This document shows positions 28,346 to 38,714 of a stretch of 64,000 nt of DNA, in pieces. Every line of letters begins with the position of its first letter. The first letter of the stretch is position 1. The stretch comes from Spirochaetia bacterium (GTDB lineage: Bacteria; Spirochaetota; Spirochaetia; SZUA-6; Bin103). The notes beneath the pieces were generated by a model that saw only the letters and a list, made by a program, of their open reading frames with translations, did no database searches and was not told the origin of the DNA. The stretch spans positions 7,232,001 to 7,296,000 of the forward strand of contig CBDBDQ010000005.1 of assembly GCA_965203905.1 (NCBI GenBank). Direction: 5' to 3'. Position numbers and translations under genes: made by a program.

Positions 28346-30067
28346 ATGCTCAAACTCATGGCAGTCGCACTGGCCGCGCTGCTGGCGGTGGGCGGAGTCG
28401 CGTTCGCCGCCGGCGACGAGGAAGCAGCCGCAAGTGCGTATCAACTGAACCCGCCGGGGACCTATCCGGTGGTAGACGAGAAGGTGACGATCACGGCGAT
28501 CGCCTACTACTCGTCGAGCACGTCGTCGGGCACTCCCGAAGACGCGGCGTTCGCGACCTACCTGGAGGACCTCACCAACGTGCACGTCGACTTCATCGAG
28601 ATGATCGAGTCGAACGGGGCACAGGAGAAGTTCAACCTGATTCTGGCGTCCGGAGACCTGCCGGACATTCTCATTCCGCACAGCTCGATTACCGCGCAGC
28701 AGGTGTTCCTGCACGGCAACAACGGCACCTTCCTACCGCTCAACGACCTGATCGAGGAGCACATGCCGTCGTTCAAGCAGCGCTTGGGCGAGTGGCCGTC
28801 GATCAAGGCGCGGCTGACCATGCCGGACGGCAACATCTACTCATTCCCGGACGTGTCGAATTGCTTTCACTGCCAGTTCTCGGCCAAGCTGTGGGTATAT
28901 CAGCCGTGGGTTGAGAAATTGGGGCTGAAGTGGCCGCCGGAGACCACCGAGGAGCTGTACGAGACGTTCAAGGCGTTCAAGACGCAGGATCCCAACGGCA
29001 ACGGCCAGGCGGACGAGATTCCGATTCTCGGCGCCGTGGACGGCTGGCGCCAGGACCCGTTCACCTTCCTGATGAACCCGTTCATCTTCACCAGCCACCC
29101 GTACGGCAACAACTACGGCGCGTTCCTGGAGCGCAGCCCGACCGACGTGCGCTTCGTGGCCAACACGCCGGAGTGGCGTGAGGGCCTGAAGTACATGCGC
29201 CGCATGTACGCCGAGGGACTGCTTGGCGACGAGAGCTTCGTGTGGACCCGGCAGGAGGGGATGTCCGCGGTCGAGAACCCGGACAAGGAGCTGGTGGGCT
29301 CGTTCCCGGCCGGTTGGTTCGGAATGATGACCATGAACGGCGCCGGTACCGGCCGCTTCGCGCACTTTCAGCCGATTGCGCCGGTGACGGGACCGACCGG
29401 ATTGCAACAGGCCACCTTCTTCCCGCCCTCCCTGCGCTACCAGACGCAGATCACCCCGAGCGGCGCCGACCGCAAGGAGATCATCGCGCAGTGGGTGGAT
29501 TGGTTCTACGAGGACCCGATCGTGAACGGCAACCTGGCCTGGGGCTGGCGCCGCGAGGGCATCGACTGGCGCTGGCTCACCGACGAGGAGAAGGCCAAGG
29601 GCTGGGTGGCGCGCGACGGCAACCCGGCACAGACGCTGAGCATCAACGTGCACGCCTTTGCGCGCGACCTGTACGACGACGGCTGGCCGCGCACCTCACC
29701 GGGCCGGTTCGACATGATCTCGCACAGCGCGCTGCCGCCGGAATGGGCGGAGGATCCCTCCAAGCAGGAGTACCGCCTGATGGTGGCCACGCGCGACCTG
29801 TACGCTCCGTACAAGACCGAGAGCTACATCCCGCCCGACCTCGTTTTCGACGAGACCACGCAGGATGAGCTGATCGACCTGGCGGAGACCCTGACCAGCC
29901 GCACCGGCCTGGTGCTGCAGCGGGCGACCGAGTTCATCAACGGCACCCGCGACATCGACAACGATGCGGCGTGGAATGACTACGTGGCGGAGCTGGAGCG
30001 TGCCGGCATCGACCGTTACGTCGAGCTGTGGCGCGACAGCCTGGCCAACGGAGGCTATTTCAACTAA
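28346..30067 (+). CDS. Carbohydrate ABC substrate-binding protein (LplA-like), copy 1
   Basis: Signal peptide; ASGDLPD, PDGNIY, AFKTQDPNGNGQADEIP; GAGGAG RBS. Confidence 0.92.
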   Translation: MLKLMAVALAALLAVGGVAFAAGDEEAAASAYQLNPPGTYPVVDEKVTITAIAYYSSSTSSGTPEDAAFATYLEDLTNVHVDFIEMIESNGAQEKFNLILASGDLPDILIPHSSITAQQVFLHGNNGTFLPLNDLIEEHMPSFKQRLGEWPSIKARLTMPDGNIYSFPDVSNCFHCQFSAKLWVYQPWVEKLGLKWPPETTEELYETFKAFKTQDPNGNGQADEIPILGAVDGWRQDPFTFLMNPFIFTSHPYGNNYGAFLERSPTDVRFVANTPEWREGLKYMRRMYAEGLLGDESFVWTRQEGMSAVENPDKELVGSFPAGWFGMMTMNGAGTGRFAHFQPIAPVTGPTGLQQATFFPPSLRYQTQITPSGADRKEIIAQWVDWFYEDPIVNGNLAWGWRREGIDWRWLTDEEKAKGWVARDGNPAQTLSINVHAFARDLYDDGWPRTSPGRFDMISHSALPPEWAEDPSKQEYRLMVATRDLYAPYKTESYIPPDLVFDETTQDELIDLAETLTSRTGLVLQRATEFINGTRDIDNDAAWNDYVAELERAGIDRYVELWRDSLANGGYFN

Positions 30068-30089
30068 ATCGCTAGTAGCCGCGGAAAAA

Positions 30090-30126
30090 CGACGGCCGGC
30101 TCGCCCTGAGCCGGCCGTTTCATTTG
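30090..30126. terminator. Bidirectional hairpin terminator, copy 1
   Basis: ACGGCCGGCTC-loop-GAGCCGGCCGT flanked by A and T runs. Confidence 0.75.
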
Positions 30127-30261
30127 TAAGGGTCGGCGGCGTCGCGCAGGCCGTCGCCGACGAAGTTGAAGGCCAGCACGCCGACGATCACGAACACCCC
30201 CGGAATCAGCAGCCACGGGTGCAGCGCCACCGTCTGCACGTTCTGTGCCTCGTGCAGCAGC
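30120..30261 (-). pseudogene. 3' fragment of oppC (twin of 34660-34801)
   Basis: Encodes [46 protein letters not shown], identical in protein to the intact gene. Confidence 0.92.
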
Positions 30262-30262
30262 G

Positions 30263-30719
30263 TTCGTGGGCCGCTGCGCCGCTGGCGAGATCTACAACCA
30301 GGTCCCGACGGAGTGCCGCATCGAGGGCATCCGGCGCTGGGTGGAGCCCGGCCAAGGTGGTGGCGGCGCGGGCCCAGGTGCTGGAGCTGGCGCAGGCGGT
30401 GGCCGAGCGCCACGGCCTGACCGTCTCCCTGCGGATGCAGACCCGCACCGAGGCGTATTCCGTGGCCGCCACCGACCCCGTGGTCGTTGCCCTTCAGGCT
30501 GCCTGCCGCGAAGTCACCGGCAGCACGCTTCCCACCGGCCCCAAGCCATTCGTGGACGACGGCAACCGTTACGCGTTCCTCGCCGGCATCCCCGCGCTCA
30601 CCCACGGCCCGGCGGCCAGCGGCGCCCACACCACCGACGAGCAGGTGCCGGTCGCCGAGTTGCTGCGCGTGGCTCGGGTCTACGCCCTCACCGCCCTCGC
30701 CTACTGCCCCGGTCCCTGA
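30263..30719 (+). pseudogene. 3' part of the M20 gene (twin of 24817-25272), frameshifted
   Basis: [22 protein letters not shown].. to ..TALAYCPGP*; 1-nt insertion near 30356. Confidence 0.92.
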
Positions 30720-30736
30720 GGCGCGGCGTCATGTAA

Positions 30737-30765
30737 TTGACAGGAGCCGGGGATCTCACAATAAT
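30737..30765 (+). promoter_or_regulatory. Putative sigma70 promoter, sugar ABC copy 2
   Basis: TTGACA-17 nt-AATAAT. Confidence 0.65.
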
Positions 30766-30812
30766 CCAGGGCTGCTGTCCGCCGCGGCCCACCGGACGAG
30801 AAAGGAGAGAGG

Positions 30813-31775
30813 TTGGCGCAATCTGCACACGCCGCCGCAGAACGCGAGTTGAAGCTGGCGCTACGCCGCAAGGCGTGGCGGGAATACTCGATCAACTGGG
30901 AGCTGTACCTGATGGCGCTGCTGCCGGTGATCTGGCTGGTCGTGTTCATGTACCTGCCGATGTACGGCAACGTGATCGCGTTCAAGCGGTTCGTCGCCTC
31001 CAAGGGCATCTGGGGCAGCCCGTGGATCGGCTTCGACAACTTCGAGCGCTTCTTCACCTCGTTCAAGTTCGGGAACATCATGTGGAACACGTTCTTCCTG
31101 AACGCGTACGACCTGGTGCTCGGCTTCCCGATCCCGATCATCCTCGCCATCCTGCTGCACTACACGCCGTTCCAGGGCTACAAGAAAACCGTGCAGATGG
31201 TCACCTACGCCCCCCACTTCATCTCCACGGTGGTGATGGTGGGCATCATCTTCAAGCTGTTCTCGCAGCGCATCGGCATCGTCAACGTGGCGCTCACCGC
31301 GCTCGGACTGCCGGAGTCCAACTTCCTCGGCTCACCGCTGTGGTTCCCGCACATCTACGTGTGGACCAACATCTGGCAGAACATGGGCTACGCCACGATC
31401 ATCTTCCTGGCCGCCCTGTCGGCGGTCGACCCGGAACTGCACGAGGCGGCACGGGTGGACGGCGCCACCATCTGGCAGCGCATCTGGCACATCGATCTGC
31501 CCGGCATCGCGGCGGTGGTGATCATCCTGCTGATCCTGCGCCTGGGACAAATCCTGAACATCGGCTTCGAGAAGGTGTTCCTGATGCAGAACACCGTCAA
31601 CATCGTCGCCTCGGAGGTCGTGGACACCTACGTCTACAAGGTCGGGCTCGCGTCGCGCAATCCCAACTTCTCCTACGCCTCCGCGATCGGACTGTTCAAG
31701 AACGTGATCGCCTTCTTCCTGCTGATCGCCGTCAACCGCATCGCGCGGCGCACCAGCGAGACCAGCCTGTGGTAG
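30813..31775 (+). CDS. Carbohydrate ABC permease (LplB-like), copy 2
   Basis: Protein identical to 26276..27250 beyond the N-terminal ~15 aa. Confidence 0.93.
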   Translation: MAQSAHAAAERELKLALRRKAWREYSINWELYLMALLPVIWLVVFMYLPMYGNVIAFKRFVASKGIWGSPWIGFDNFERFFTSFKFGNIMWNTFFLNAYDLVLGFPIPIILAILLHYTPFQGYKKTVQMVTYAPHFISTVVMVGIIFKLFSQRIGIVNVALTALGLPESNFLGSPLWFPHIYVWTNIWQNMGYATIIFLAALSAVDPELHEAARVDGATIWQRIWHIDLPGIAAVVIILLILRLGQILNIGFEKVFLMQNTVNIVASEVVDTYVYKVGLASRNPNFSYASAIGLFKNVIAFFLLIAVNRIARRTSETSLW

Positions 31776-31785
31776 GCGGCCGCTG

Positions 31786-32772
31786 ATGGCGACGCTACGG
31801 CGGTCGCAAGCTGCTGGCGCCGGCGCGGCCGCGGCAACGCTGCCGGGCGGCGGCAAGCGCCGATCCTCCATCCGCCACGCCAGGGAAGACCGGCTGTTCT
31901 ACGTGCTCGACGTGGGACTGCTCGGTTTCACCTTCCTGCTGGTCATCTATCCGCTGATCTACGTGGTCAGCTCGTCGTTCAGCGACGCCCTCGAAGTGGT
32001 GGCCGGACGCGTGTGGCTGTTGCCGGTCAAGCCCTCCCTGGAGGGCTACAAGGCGGTGTTCGAGTACAACGAGCTGTGGCTGGGCTACGGCAACACCATC
32101 TTCTACACCGTGTTCGGGACCATCTACAACGTGGTCATGACCATGCTGATCGCCTACCCGCTGTCGCGCCGCGACTGCAAGGGGCGCGGCCTCCTGATGT
32201 TCCTGTTCACCTTCACCCTGTTCTTCCAGGGCGGGCTGATCCCCACCTACCTGCTGATCCGCAGCATCGGGCTAATCGACACCCGCGCGGCGCTGATCAT
32301 TCCGTTTGCCATCGGGGTGTGGAACGTAATCATCACCCGCACCTACCTGCAGTCCAACATCCCGGGCGAGCTGTACGAGGCGGCACGCGTCGACGGCGCC
32401 ACCAACACGCGCATGCTGTGGAGCGTCGTATTGCCGTTGTCCGGTCCGATCATCGCCGTCATCACCCTGTTCTACGCGGTCAACCACTGGAACCAGTTCT
32501 TCAACGCGCTGGTCTACATCCGCCGCCAGGAGCTGCGTCCGCTGCAGATCATCCTGCGCGAGATCCTGGTGCTCAATTCGCCGGGAGTGATCGACCAGCT
32601 TATGGCCTCCGCCTCCCCGGAGCAGGTGGAGGCCCTGCAGGCGCGCATGTACCTGCAAGGGCTCATCCAGTTCGCGCTGATCGTGGTGGCCACCGCCCCG
32701 ATTCTGGCGGTATATCCATTTGTGCAGAAGTACTTCGTGCGCGGCGTGATGATCGGAGCGCTGAAGGGATGA
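31786..32772 (+). CDS. Carbohydrate ABC permease (LplC-like), copy 2
   Basis: Near identical to 27261..28247. Confidence 0.93.
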   Translation: MATLRRSQAAGAGAAAATLPGGGKRRSSIRHAREDRLFYVLDVGLLGFTFLLVIYPLIYVVSSSFSDALEVVAGRVWLLPVKPSLEGYKAVFEYNELWLGYGNTIFYTVFGTIYNVVMTMLIAYPLSRRDCKGRGLLMFLFTFTLFFQGGLIPTYLLIRSIGLIDTRAALIIPFAIGVWNVIITRTYLQSNIPGELYEAARVDGATNTRMLWSVVLPLSGPIIAVITLFYAVNHWNQFFNALVYIRRQELRPLQIILREILVLNSPGVIDQLMASASPEQVEALQARMYLQGLIQFALIVVATAPILAVYPFVQKYFVRGVMIGALKG

Positions 32773-32871
32773 GCCGTCGCGAACCACCAACCACTGCAAT
32801 ACTGAGTCCGGGTGTTACCCGGCGCTAAAGGAGACCGCGGCACCAGGCCGCGAAATCAAGGAGCAGCATAT

Positions 32872-34596
32872 ATGCTCAGATTCATGGGAATCGCACTTGC
32901 CGCGTTGCTGGCGGTGGGCGGACTCGCCTTCGCCGCCGGCGACGAAGAAGCCGCGGCCAGCGCGTATCAAGTCAATCCGCCGGGAACCTACCCGGTGGTC
33001 GACGAGAAGGTCACGATCACCGCGATCGCCTACTACTCGTCGAGCACGTCGTCGGGCACCCCCGAAGACGCGGCGTTCGCGACCTACCTGGAGGACCTCA
33101 CCAACGTGCACGTCGACTTCATCGAGATGATCGAGTCGAACGGGGCGCAGGAGAAGTTCAACCTGATACTGGCGTCCGGTGACCTGCCGGACATTCTCAT
33201 TCCGCACGGCTCGATCACCGCGCAACAGGTGTTCCTGCACGGCAGCAACGGCACCTTCCTGCCGCTCAACGACCTGATCGAGGAACGCATGCCGTCGCTC
33301 AAGCAGCACCTGACCGAGGCGCCGTCGATCAAGGCGCGGCTGACCATGCCGGACGGCAACATCTACGCATTCCCGGACGTCGAGGCCAACTGCTTCCACT
33401 GCCAGTTCTCGGCCAAGCTGTGGGTGTACCAGCCGTGGGTTGAGAAATTGGGGCTGAAGTGGCCGCCGGAGACCACCGAGGAGCTGTACGAGACGTTCAA
33501 GGCGTTCAAGACGCAGGATCCGAACGGCAACGGCCAGGCGGACGAGATTCCGATCCTGGGAGCCGTGGACGGCTGGCGCCAGGATCCGTTCACCTTCCTG
33601 ATGAACCCGTTCATCTTCACCAGCCATCCGTACGGCAACAACTACGGCGCGTTCCTGGAGCGCAGCCCGAGCGACGTGCGCTTCGTGGCCAACACGCCGG
33701 AGTGGCGCGAGGGGCTGCAGTACATGCGGCGCATGTACGCCGAGGGACTGCTTGGCGACGAGAGTTTCGTATGGACCCGGCAGGAGGGGATGTCCGCGGT
33801 CGAGAACCCGGACAAGGAGCTGGTGGGTTCCTTTCCGGCCGGCTGGTTCGGGATGATGACCCTGAACGGCGCCGGTACCGGGCGCTTCGCGCACTTCCAG
33901 CCGATTGCGCCGGTGACGGGACCGACCGGACTGCAGCAGACCACGTTCTTCCCGCCCACCATGCGCTATCAGACCCAGATCACCCCGAGCGGCGCCGACC
34001 GCAAGGAGGTCATCGCGCAGTGGGTGGACTGGTTCTACGAGGATCCGATCGTGCACGGCAGCCTGGCCTGGGGCTGGCGCCGCGAAGGCATCGACTGGCG
34101 CTGGCTCACCGAAGAGGAGAAGGCCAAGGGCTGGGTGGCACGCGACGGCAACCCGGCGCAGACGCTGAGCATCAACGTGCACGCCTACTCCCGCGACCTG
34201 TACGACGACGGCTGGCCGCGCACCGCGCCGGGCCGGTTCGACATGATCGCGCACGGCGCCCTGCCGCCGGAGTGGGCCGAGGATCCCTCCAAGCAGGAGT
34301 ACCGCCTGATGGTGGCCACGCGCGACCTGTACGCGCCCTACAAGACCGAGAGCTACATCCCGCCCGACCTGGTGTTCGACGAGACCACGCAGGATGAGTT
34401 GATCGATCTGGCCGAAACCCTGACCAGCCGCACCGGCCTGGTGCTGCAGCGGGCTACCGAATTCATCAACGGCACCCGCGACATCAATGACGACGCGGCG
34501 TGGGACGAATACGTAGCCGAGCTGGAGCGTGCCGGCGTCGGCCGTTACGTCGAGCTGTGGCGCGACACGCTGGCCAACGGAGGCTATTTCAGCTAA
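32872..34596 (+). CDS. Carbohydrate ABC substrate-binding protein, copy 2
   Basis: Paralogue of 28346..30067 with scattered substitutions and a 1-aa insertion. Confidence 0.92.
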   Translation: MLRFMGIALAALLAVGGLAFAAGDEEAAASAYQVNPPGTYPVVDEKVTITAIAYYSSSTSSGTPEDAAFATYLEDLTNVHVDFIEMIESNGAQEKFNLILASGDLPDILIPHGSITAQQVFLHGSNGTFLPLNDLIEERMPSLKQHLTEAPSIKARLTMPDGNIYAFPDVEANCFHCQFSAKLWVYQPWVEKLGLKWPPETTEELYETFKAFKTQDPNGNGQADEIPILGAVDGWRQDPFTFLMNPFIFTSHPYGNNYGAFLERSPSDVRFVANTPEWREGLQYMRRMYAEGLLGDESFVWTRQEGMSAVENPDKELVGSFPAGWFGMMTLNGAGTGRFAHFQPIAPVTGPTGLQQTTFFPPTMRYQTQITPSGADRKEVIAQWVDWFYEDPIVHGSLAWGWRREGIDWRWLTEEEKAKGWVARDGNPAQTLSINVHAYSRDLYDDGWPRTAPGRFDMIAHGALPPEWAEDPSKQEYRLMVATRDLYAPYKTESYIPPDLVFDETTQDELIDLAETLTSRTGLVLQRATEFINGTRDINDDAAWDEYVAELERAGVGRYVELWRDTLANGGYFS

Positions 34597-34607
34597 ATCG
34601 CTGCCTG

Positions 34608-34652
34608 CGGAAAAGATGATGGCCGGCTCGCCCTGAGCCGGCCGTTTCATTG
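34608..34652. terminator. Bidirectional hairpin terminator, copy 2
   Basis: GGCCGGCTC-loop-GAGCCGGCC then GTTTCATT, between convergent genes. Confidence 0.75.
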
Positions 34653-34659
34653 GTAGGGG

Positions 34660-35769
34660 TTACTTGTAGGGGTCGGCGGCGTCGCGCAGGCCGTCACCGA
34701 CGAAGTTGAAGGCCAGCACGCCGACGATCACAAACACCCCCGGAATCAGCAGCCATGGGTGCAGGGCCACCGTCTGCACGTTCTGCGCCTCGTGCAGCAG
34801 CACGCCCCAGCTCACCACCGGCGGCCGCAGTCCCAGGCCCAGGAAGCTCAAGGCGGTCTCGCCCAGGATCATGTAGGGGATCGCCAGGGTCAGGTCGACG
34901 ATCAGGTAGCTGATGAACGAGGGCAGCAGGTGGCGCACGATGATCGCGAGGTCGCGGGCGCCGGCCACCCGCGCCGCCATGGTGAAGTCCTGCTCGCGCA
35001 GCTCCAGCAGCTTGCCGCGCACCACCCGCGCCAGCCGCGTCCAGCCCACCGTGGAGAGGATGATGGTGATGAAGAAGTAGACCCGCAGCGCCGGCCAGTC
35101 CAGCGGCAGCGCCGCGCTCAGCCCCATCCACAGCGGGATGGTGGGCAGCGCGATGAGGAACTCGATGACGCGCTGGATCGCGGTGTCGATGGGCCCCCCG
35201 TAGAAGCCCGACAGCCCGCCCAGCAGGCAGCCGACCACGAAGCTGAACGCCACCCCGAGCAGTCCCACCGTGAGCGACACGCGGATCGCGTGCAGATTGC
35301 GGGAGAACAGGTCGCGGCCCAGCTTGTCGGTACCGAACAGGAACATCTGCCCCGGCGCCGCGACGCCGAACAGGTGGCGGTCGGTCTCGAACAGGCCCCA
35401 GAAGCGGTATCCGTCGCCTCGCACGAAGAACCGCAGGTCGAGCTTCTGCGCCGGGTCGGGGCGGTAGTCCCACTCCCAGGTGGCGTCGTTGAACTCGCGC
35501 GCGTAGCCGTACACGAACGGGCGCAACTGGATGCGGCCCTCATGCACGAAGCGCAACCGTTGCGGCGGCGCGTAGGCGAACTCGGCGGCGACGGTGCGGG
35601 TGCCGTAGGGCGCAAAGAACCCCGCGAACAGCCCGCCCAGGTAGATCACGCCGAGCACTGCCAGCGCCGCCCGCGCCAGCAGGTGGCGGCCGAACCTGGC
35701 GCGCACCAGGCGCCAGTGGCTGGCCGTGTAGTAGCGTTCCTGCTCCGCCGCCGCGACGCTGCCGCTCAC
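34660..35769 (-). CDS. ABC transporter permease (OppC-like)
   Basis: [41 protein letters not shown]. Confidence 0.93.
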   Translation of the reverse strand: MSGSVAAAEQERYYTASHWRLVRARFGRHLLARAALAVLGVIYLGGLFAGFFAPYGTRTVAAEFAYAPPQRLRFVHEGRIQLRPFVYGYAREFNDATWEWDYRPDPAQKLDLRFFVRGDGYRFWGLFETDRHLFGVAAPGQMFLFGTDKLGRDLFSRNLHAIRVSLTVGLLGVAFSFVVGCLLGGLSGFYGGPIDTAIQRVIEFLIALPTIPLWMGLSAALPLDWPALRVYFFITIILSTVGWTRLARVVRGKLLELREQDFTMAARVAGARDLAIIVRHLLPSFISYLIVDLTLAIPYMILGETALSFLGLGLRPPVVSWGVLLHEAQNVQTVALHPWLLIPGVFVIVGVLAFNFVGDGLRDAADPYK

Positions 35770-36761
35770 CGGTTGCTGCGCTCCATGCGAATGCGAGGAT
35801 CCACCCCCGCCAGCACCAGGTCGGAAACCAGGGTTCCGACCACGGTAAGCGCGCCGATGATCATCACCACGCTGCCGGCCAGGCTCATGTCCTGGAACAG
35901 CAGCGCACTGAAGAAGATCTGTCCGGTAGTGGGCAGCGACAGCACGATCGCGGTCACCGTCTCGCCCGAGAAGATCGCCGGCAGGATCCATGCCGCGGAG
36001 CTGATCACCGGGTTGAGCGCCACCCGCACCGGATACTTGAACAGCAGCCGCCCCTCCACCATCCCCTTGGCGCGGGCGGTGACCACGTACTGCCGGCGCA
36101 GCTCGTCCAGCAGGCTGGCGCGCACGATGCGGATCAGCTCCGCGGTGCCGGCGGTACCGATGACGAAGATCGGGATCGGCAGGTGCTTGAGCATGTCCCA
36201 CACCCGGCCGAGACTCCACGGCGCCGCCACGTACTCCGCCGAGAACAGGCCGGTCAGGCTGACCCCGAACCACTTCAGCAACAGCCACATCAGCACCAGC
36301 GCCAGCAGGAAGTTGGGCGTCGCCAGGCCGAAGAACCCGGTGAAGGTGAACAGGTAGTCGGCAACCGAGTACTGGCGCGTGGCGGAGAGAATGCCGATCG
36401 GGATCGAGACGGCGTAGATGAACAGCAGCGTGACGCTGGACAGCAGCAGGGTGGCGGGCAGCCGCTCGGCGATCAGGTCCGCCACCGCGCGGTTGTGCTG
36501 GAACGAGATGCCCATGTTGCCGCCCAGGAACTTGCCGAACCACTTGAAGTAGCGCACCACGATGGGCGAATCGAGGTCATACAGCCGCATCAGGCGGTCG
36601 ATCTCCGCCTGGTCGATGCGCACGCCGGTGTTGCGCAGGCGGGCGATGTGGACATCCAGGTAGTTGCCGGGGGGCAACTCGATGATGAGGAAGCCCACCA
36701 GCGAGAGGGCCAGCAGGAACAGCACCATGTAGAGCACGCGCCGCGCGAGGAACGGTACCAC
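35766..36761 (-). CDS. ABC transporter permease (OppB-like)
   Basis: IELPPGN, DELRRQYVVTARAKG, DPRIR. Confidence 0.92.
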   Translation of the reverse strand: MVPFLARRVLYMVLFLLALSLVGFLIIELPPGNYLDVHIARLRNTGVRIDQAEIDRLMRLYDLDSPIVVRYFKWFGKFLGGNMGISFQHNRAVADLIAERLPATLLLSSVTLLFIYAVSIPIGILSATRQYSVADYLFTFTGFFGLATPNFLLALVLMWLLLKWFGVSLTGLFSAEYVAAPWSLGRVWDMLKHLPIPIFVIGTAGTAELIRIVRASLLDELRRQYVVTARAKGMVEGRLLFKYPVRVALNPVISSAAWILPAIFSGETVTAIVLSLPTTGQIFFSALLFQDMSLAGSVVMIIGALTVVGTLVSDLVLAGVDPRIRMERSNR

Positions 36762-37265
36762 TGGGAGCCTGTGTGCCGAATCGTAGCACAACGCGAGGGC
36801 TTGCGCGGCAGACCTGGGCGTGGCGGGCCGAGCCAGTACCATCCCATGCTGAACGACGTCTGCATCCCGTGTGGGCAAGGGAGGTGATGGCCCCTGCCCC
36901 TGCCCCGGCCCCTGCCAGATCGCCGCCTTCAGGATGCGTGGTTCGTTCGCTGTACGATGTGTCCAGGAATGAGCGGGTTGCCGCCCACCGCAACGCCGGT
37001 CTCCGCCGCTGCGTTGCTGCCGCGTGGGCGCCGCGGTGCAGGATTCTGCAAAGAGCGCAAAAAATAGTGCTCTGAGCACTTGACGGGTTTGGCGCCGCTC
37101 ATAACGGCCCCCTGCCGCACGTTCCGGCCCCTCCTACCCTGCGAACATCCCGCCACGCCCTCCAGGCCCGTCAGCACCCCGTCAGCGCCGGCCTGAGCCC
37201 TTCCCGGTGCCGGTCCCGGGACTTGCCTAAACCTGGCATTTCTCAACCATGTTTATATTTACGCC

Positions 37266-38714
37266 ATGGCTACCGCGACCGCTTCGGGCTTCTCCTCCTC
37301 GCTCTCCGGGCTCCCCGACCAGGTGCTGCTGGCGCACACCAGGTCCCTCGTCCTGCACGAGCAGGCGCTGCAGCTCGCCGTCCTCGACCACCTGCGCGAG
37401 ATCCACGCCCGCCACCTCCACCTGCGCCTCGGGTTCTCCAGCCTGTTCGACTACGCCGTGCACGAGCTGGGCTATAGCGAGGGTGCCGCCTGGCGCCGCA
37501 TAAAGGCGATGCGCCTGTGCTCCGATACCGCCGGGACACGCGAGCGGCTGCAGGACGGCTCGCTCACCCTGAGCGCGGCGGCGCAGTTGCAGAACACCTT
37601 CGATCTCCTGCAGCGCACGGCCACCGCCGCCGCGGACCCCGGCTCGCCACCCGCGGCACCGGAGCTGCTGCCGAGCGGCACGGGGACGGCGCCGGAGGCG
37701 GGGGATTCCGGGACCGGGGCAGCGGCGCCAGCGCGACCGGTGCCGGCGCTGAACGCGGCGCAGCGGCAGGAACTGGTGGCGCAGGCGAGCGGCAAGAGCA
37801 CCCGCGAGGTGAAGCAGTTGTTGGCCGGGGTGGCTCCCGAGCTGGCGCGGCCGGCGGATCGCATGCGGGCGCTGGGCGAAGGCCGCTGGGAGCTGAAGGT
37901 GGCGATCGACTCCGCCTGTCAGTGCGGGATCGAGCAGCTACGGGCACTGCTGTCGCACGTGGACCCGCACCTGACGCTGGGGCAACTGGTGGAGCGGCTG
38001 GTGCAGGACGGCCTGCAGCGCTACGACCCAGGGCGGCCGCCGCGCGGGCGCAGAGGTGGACGCCGGGAGGCAAGCGCGGGCCAGGCGCCGGAGACGAAGC
38101 CGCAGGAAGCGCCGGCGGGCGGAGCGACTTCGCCGGCGAAGCGGGGCACGCAAAAGAAACCCGGAGCGCCGCCGCCGGAGGGCACGAGCGCCGGTGGCAG
38201 CACGCCGGTGCCGGCAGCGCTGTCCGCAGCGGAACCCGCGCACGGGATTGGCGGCGCCGGCACCTCGGCGGTGGCAGCGCCGCCGTCGGGGCGCGAGACT
38301 TGCGGCGCCAGTACCCCGGTGAGTGCCAAACCGGCGGCGCCGGATCGCGATCGCAGCGCTCCTTCGCCAGCGAAGCGGGGAGGGGCGGCACAGCCCGATG
38401 GCCGTTCGCGGCCGCAGCCGGCGCCAGCCGGCCCATCCGCAGGCAGCGCGCAGCCGCCCCACCGGGCGCGTCGATCCCGGTACATTCCGGCACCAGTGCG
38501 GCGCGAGGTGTGGCGCCGCGACAGCGGCTGTTGCAGTTACGTCGATCCGCACAGCGGGCGGCGCTGCGGCTCCCGCTTCCTGCTGGAGATCGACCACATC
38601 GTGCCCTATGCGCTCGGCGGCGGTGCGGAGCCCGCCAACTTGCGCCTCCGCTGTCGAGCCCACCACCGCTTCCGGCATCAGGAGGACGAACCACCGCCCG
38701 ACGGGGCCACGTGA
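37266..38714 (+). CDS. HNH endonuclease with DUF222-like helical N-terminal region and low-complexity linker
   Basis: LGFSSLFDYAVHELGYSEGAAWRRI N-terminal motif; RYIPAPVRREVWRRD..C....C..LEIDHIVP..GG...NLRLRCRAHH. Confidence 0.88.
   Translation: MATATASGFSSSLSGLPDQVLLAHTRSLVLHEQALQLAVLDHLREIHARHLHLRLGFSSLFDYAVHELGYSEGAAWRRIKAMRLCSDTAGTRERLQDGSLTLSAAAQLQNTFDLLQRTATAAADPGSPPAAPELLPSGTGTAPEAGDSGTGAAAPARPVPALNAAQRQELVAQASGKSTREVKQLLAGVAPELARPADRMRALGEGRWELKVAIDSACQCGIEQLRALLSHVDPHLTLGQLVERLVQDGLQRYDPGRPPRGRRGGRREASAGQAPETKPQEAPAGGATSPAKRGTQKKPGAPPPEGTSAGGSTPVPAALSAAEPAHGIGGAGTSAVAAPPSGRETCGASTPVSAKPAAPDRDRSAPSPAKRGGAAQPDGRSRPQPAPAGPSAGSAQPPHRARRSRYIPAPVRREVWRRDSGCCSYVDPHSGRRCGSRFLLEIDHIVPYALGGGAEPANLRLRCRAHHRFRHQEDEPPPDGAT

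Noticed and set aside
36885-36916. GCCCCT-type hexamer run, and the 9-mer repeat at 46865-46897, as phase-variation tracts
   Set aside because: Few units, expected in GC-rich DNA, no link to a promoter or reading frame shown
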